In this document: positions 60,567 to 64,000 of the stretch, piece by piece
Layout of the letters: every line of letters begins with the position of its first letter
How positions within the stretch are numbered: position 1 is the first letter of the stretch
Assembly (NCBI GenBank): GCA_963796455.1
Contig: CAWCLO010000003.1
Location: 224,001-288,000, forward strand
Direction of reading: 5' to 3'
Length of the DNA: 64,000 nucleotides
Source of the DNA: Candidatus Sulfomarinibacteraceae bacterium
GTDB lineage: Bacteria > Acidobacteriota > Thermoanaerobaculia > Thermoanaerobaculales > Sulfomarinibacteraceae
The notes under the pieces: model-generated
Seen by the model: only the letters and a program-made list of their open reading frames with translations
Databases searched by the model: none
Told to the model about the DNA's origin: nothing
Translations under genes and position numbers: made by a program

Positions 60567-61390
60567 TCTTCAGTCATCCCGGAACACCAGTTTTCGACCG
60601 CTGTGTTTCCGTAGCGGCGGCGGAGACGTCTTTCGATGTACGCCGCCTCCCACCGCGGCCGGTGCAGAGCGTAGAACCTGAGCTGCGACGGTCGATAAAT
60701 CTCGTCGACCCCCTTTTTGCTTGCAAAGCCTCCCTGATGGATGACGGAAATATCCGGATCGTGGTCCAACTTCCATCCCGCCGTCTCCATCCGGATACAG
60801 AGATCGACGTCCTCGAAATACATGAAAAAACTCTCGTCGAAACCACCGATTTCTCGAAATGCTTCGGTTCGAATCAGAACACAGGCGGCGGTGTACCAGA
60901 CGCGGCCGACCAAACGCGAAGCAAACCTGGCCAGACTCCCGTGCGCCCACGCCCGTCCTTCGAATGGATTGCGGAATACCTGCAGCGCCTCCCCCGCCAC
61001 CCCCCGGGTTGGCGACCAGACAAACTGACGACCACCATCGGGGTAATACAGATTCGGCGCCACCATGCCGATCCGCGGGTTCTCATTCATCCGAGCCTCG
61101 AAGAGCTCGAGAGCACCGGGTTCCAGCCACGCATCCACATTGAGCAGGAGCAGCGATTCTCCGGATGCCTCCGCCGCCGCCAGATTGTTGGCCGCACCGA
61201 AGCCGAGGTTTTGATCCTGCGCCAGGATCCTGGCCTCGGGAAACCGCGTTGTGATGATCTCGATCGAACGATCCGTCGAAGCATTGTCCACCACCAGGAC
61301 CTCGAGGTCCTCGCCGATGGTGCCGAGGCTCTGAAGACACCTTTCAATGAGGGCCTCGCCGTCGTGATTGACGAGAATTGCCGAGATCAT
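60563..61390 (-). CDS. Glycosyltransferase family 2 (WbbL/rhamnosyltransferase-like)
   Basis: VVDNASTD, NLGFGAANN, LLNVD, GGFDESFFMYFEDVD. Confidence 0.9.
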   Translation of the reverse strand: MISAILVNHDGEALIERCLQSLGTIGEDLEVLVVDNASTDRSIEIITTRFPEARILAQDQNLGFGAANNLAAAEASGESLLLLNVDAWLEPGALELFEARMNENPRIGMVAPNLYYPDGGRQFVWSPTRGVAGEALQVFRNPFEGRAWAHGSLARFASRLVGRVWYTAACVLIRTEAFREIGGFDESFFMYFEDVDLCIRMETAGWKLDHDPDISVIHQGGFASKKGVDEIYRPSQLRFYALHRPRWEAAYIERRLRRRYGNTAVENWCSGMTEE

Positions 61391-62505
61391 GGCCGCGCCA
61401 CCTTCCGGAGCAACGCAACCAGGGCGCGAGAGGTCGTTTCCCAACTCCATTGCCGGCTCAAATCCACGGCCTCTGCGGCGATTCCACCGGCCATCACGGG
61501 CTGCCTCAATACCCGTGAAATGTTCTCTTGAATGGCCTCCGCCGAAAAATCGCGGCATCGGAGCGGATAATCCGGCCACAGATCGTCCAGCCCCAGTCCC
61601 CGGCTCACCACCACGGGCGTTGCGCAGGCAAGGCACTCGAGGGGTGGAAGGCCAAAGCCCTCGTAATGGGAAACATAGACGGCCACCGACGCGCCGCGAT
61701 AAAGCGGCGCCAACCATCGTTCGTCAACCCAACCCAGCTCGACCACGGAATCCGCGATTCCGAGATCGTTGATCCATCGCCGGAACTCGGCGGGTCGTCG
61801 TAACCGATTAGCCCCGGCGATCACCAGTTTCTGATCGGGAAACTGCCGCGTGATTCCGGCGAAAGCCTGCAGCACCTGCTGCGGCATCCTGCGTTCGAGG
61901 ATCGTGCCGAGCCAAAGCACATAGGGTCCGGTGATACCGAGTTCGGCGAGCACGGGTTGATCCGCGTCCGAGGACTGCGGAGAAAACAGGCTGTGTTTCA
62001 CGCCGAGAGGAATCACCGATACCTCGTCCGGCGATACCGGGTACCGCTGCACCACCTCGTCCCTGATGTGGTCTGCCGGGACGAATATGTGCTGTGCCAC
62101 GCGCGCCGAGCGACGGGCCAGCAGACGACGGCGCCAGCGCTCCTTCGGACCGAATTCCTGCGGCAGGATCTCGAAACTGAGATCGTGAATGCTGACCGCC
62201 GACGGCCCCCGATAACTCAGAGGCAAGGAGTAGGAAGGGCCAAAGAGCACATCGAGTTCGTATTCTCCAAGCTCTCGAGGAAGCCGCAGCTGCTCCCACA
62301 AAACGCGACTGCCACCGCGCTTCGAACAATGGCAAAAAAACGAGTCGCCCGCCGGGACTGCGGACGGCACCACTTCGCCTTGAAAAAAAAGATGCCACTC
62401 GCAGCCATGATTCCAGCAATCAAGACCGTCGAGAATTCCTTCGAGATAACGCCCGGCACCGGTGCTTTTGCCCTCCATCTCGGCTGCTATGACTCCGATT
62501 CTCAT
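61387..62505 (-). CDS. Glycosyltransferase family 4
   Basis: IHDLSF and EGFGLPPLECLAC. Confidence 0.9.
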   Translation of the reverse strand: MRIGVIAAEMEGKSTGAGRYLEGILDGLDCWNHGCEWHLFFQGEVVPSAVPAGDSFFCHCSKRGGSRVLWEQLRLPRELGEYELDVLFGPSYSLPLSYRGPSAVSIHDLSFEILPQEFGPKERWRRRLLARRSARVAQHIFVPADHIRDEVVQRYPVSPDEVSVIPLGVKHSLFSPQSSDADQPVLAELGITGPYVLWLGTILERRMPQQVLQAFAGITRQFPDQKLVIAGANRLRRPAEFRRWINDLGIADSVVELGWVDERWLAPLYRGASVAVYVSHYEGFGLPPLECLACATPVVVSRGLGLDDLWPDYPLRCRDFSAEAIQENISRVLRQPVMAGGIAAEAVDLSRQWSWETTSRALVALLRKVARP

Positions 62506-62673
62506 CGACGCTATCCTAACCCGGTCTTCCCGTCGGGTGTGCAAGGATTCACCAGTTGACAGTCGATCATCCCTTCGGAGACTGACAACTGACAACTGCT
62601 GACGTCGCTTTCTGGGCGCAAATCGGAAATGGTTCCAATCTTGCGCACCTCGTGCTGCGCTATCATCAGCTTC

Positions 62674-63972
62674 ATGCTTCGCCGGTTGACGACCACACTC
62701 GGGTTCTTCCTCGCCATCGTGCGCGATCTGGCCGGCACGTTGCGCGAACGCTGGCGCACCTTTCAATTGCGAGTGGTCCAGGGGGAAGAGATCGGTGTCG
62801 TCGGCGTCGATGTTTATCCGTTTTTTGAACGCATGACCGGCGTCGGCTGGTATGAGTGGAACGTGCTGGCCGCCCTCGACCGTCGAGACGATGGTCTCCG
62901 TTACAACCTCTATGCCCGGACCTTTCTCGCACCCAGCGAGGCACCCCCACCCATGATGCCGGGAAGCCGCCATATGCGGCTTCGGGTACACCAGATTCCA
63001 CCCGGGTTTCTGCTCCCCGTTGCTCCGACCCTTGCGGTCCTACGGACCTTCGTCGAACCTCTGCTCCGTTGTTTTGACGGCAACGACCTGTTCTTTGCGC
63101 CCAATTTCTTTCCCCATGGCGACCAGGAGCCCTTCGCCCATTCGCTGGTGGCCACCGTGCACGATCTCGCCTTCGCAGCCATGCCGGAGACGGTCTCGCC
63201 GGCGACGCTCGCGGAACTCGAGCGCCATCTGCCGCGGACGCTCTATCACGGGGACCGGCTGATCGCGGTCTCGGATGCCACGGCCGGAGAGCTCGTCGAC
63301 CGCCTCGGGGTCAATCCTCGATCGGTGCGGACCATTCACGAGGGCGTCGACCTCGATGCGGCTTCTTCGCTGCAACCGAATGACGAGGAGATCGAAGTCC
63401 CCGAGCAGTATCTGCTGTTTGTTTCGACCCTCGAGCCGCGAAAAAACATCACCGGAATCCTGCGCTCATTCAGACTGCTGGTCGAATGGGGTTACACCGG
63501 CGATCTGGTGTTGGTCGGCCGCTGGGGCTGGCGGACGGAAACGATCCGGGAAGAGCTCGCCAACTCACCGGTTCGCGCGAAGATCCACCATCTCGACTAC
63601 GTCGACCGCCCGCGGCTCACCGCCCTCTATGAAAACGCCGAGGCCTTTCTCTTTCCCTCGTGGCTCGAAGGTTTCGGGTTGCCGATCGTGGAGTCCATGG
63701 CATGTGGTACACCGGTGGTGACCTCCGGAACCTCGGCGATGCCCGAGATCGCCGGTCCGGCCGCCGTCTACGTGGACCCGGAGAGCCCACACGGCATCGC
63801 GTCCGCCATGGCGGCTCTCTTGCGCGATCCGCAACACCGTGACCGACTGGTCAAACTGGGGCTTGAACGGGCGCAGAAATTCGATTGGGAAAAAGCTGCC
63901 CAGGCGACCGCTACGGTGCTTCGCGACACCATTGGACTGCTGACCGAAGAGCCCGACGAATTCCGCGTGTAG
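62674..63972 (+). CDS. Glycosyltransferase family 4
   Basis: TVHDL, TLEPRKN, EGFGLPIVESMACG. Confidence 0.92.
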   Translation: MLRRLTTTLGFFLAIVRDLAGTLRERWRTFQLRVVQGEEIGVVGVDVYPFFERMTGVGWYEWNVLAALDRRDDGLRYNLYARTFLAPSEAPPPMMPGSRHMRLRVHQIPPGFLLPVAPTLAVLRTFVEPLLRCFDGNDLFFAPNFFPHGDQEPFAHSLVATVHDLAFAAMPETVSPATLAELERHLPRTLYHGDRLIAVSDATAGELVDRLGVNPRSVRTIHEGVDLDAASSLQPNDEEIEVPEQYLLFVSTLEPRKNITGILRSFRLLVEWGYTGDLVLVGRWGWRTETIREELANSPVRAKIHHLDYVDRPRLTALYENAEAFLFPSWLEGFGLPIVESMACGTPVVTSGTSAMPEIAGPAAVYVDPESPHGIASAMAALLRDPQHRDRLVKLGLERAQKFDWEKAAQATATVLRDTIGLLTEEPDEFRV

Positions 63973-64000
63973 CCCATCCCGGTCCCAGCGAAATGATGTC

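Overview
This is a GC-rich bacterial chromosomal window. Gene style suggests Acidobacteriota, probably Thermoanaerobaculia, but that is inference. It carries housekeeping genes (purL 3' part, dut, mfd, ribBA, iscS, ddl, maeB, folE, tyrA), a type II secretion/type IV pilus-like operon preceded by an ECF sigma/anti-sigma pair, exported MsrA/MsrB, two Rieske-fusion enzymes and sugar-nucleotide/glycosyltransferase genes. The most unusual content is intergenic. Many spacers are mosaics of the same 6-9-nt tandem repeats and palindromes. Embedded in them are two ~750-bp cassettes carrying a four-helix-bundle (23S-IVP/Avd-like) gene inside nested inverted repeats, and a third gene-less copy whose cargo is a REP doublet. 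There are also three copies of a ~120-bp palindromic element, one flipped relative to its flanks. Items missed by the ORF track: a SelW/Rdx selenoprotein (CxxU with SECIS), a Tyr/Trp leader peptide upstream of tyrA, frameshifts in pilM and pilN at the same decamer, and a recurring leaderless-promoter signature. No rRNA, tRNA, CRISPR array, transposase or reverse transcriptase was recognised.
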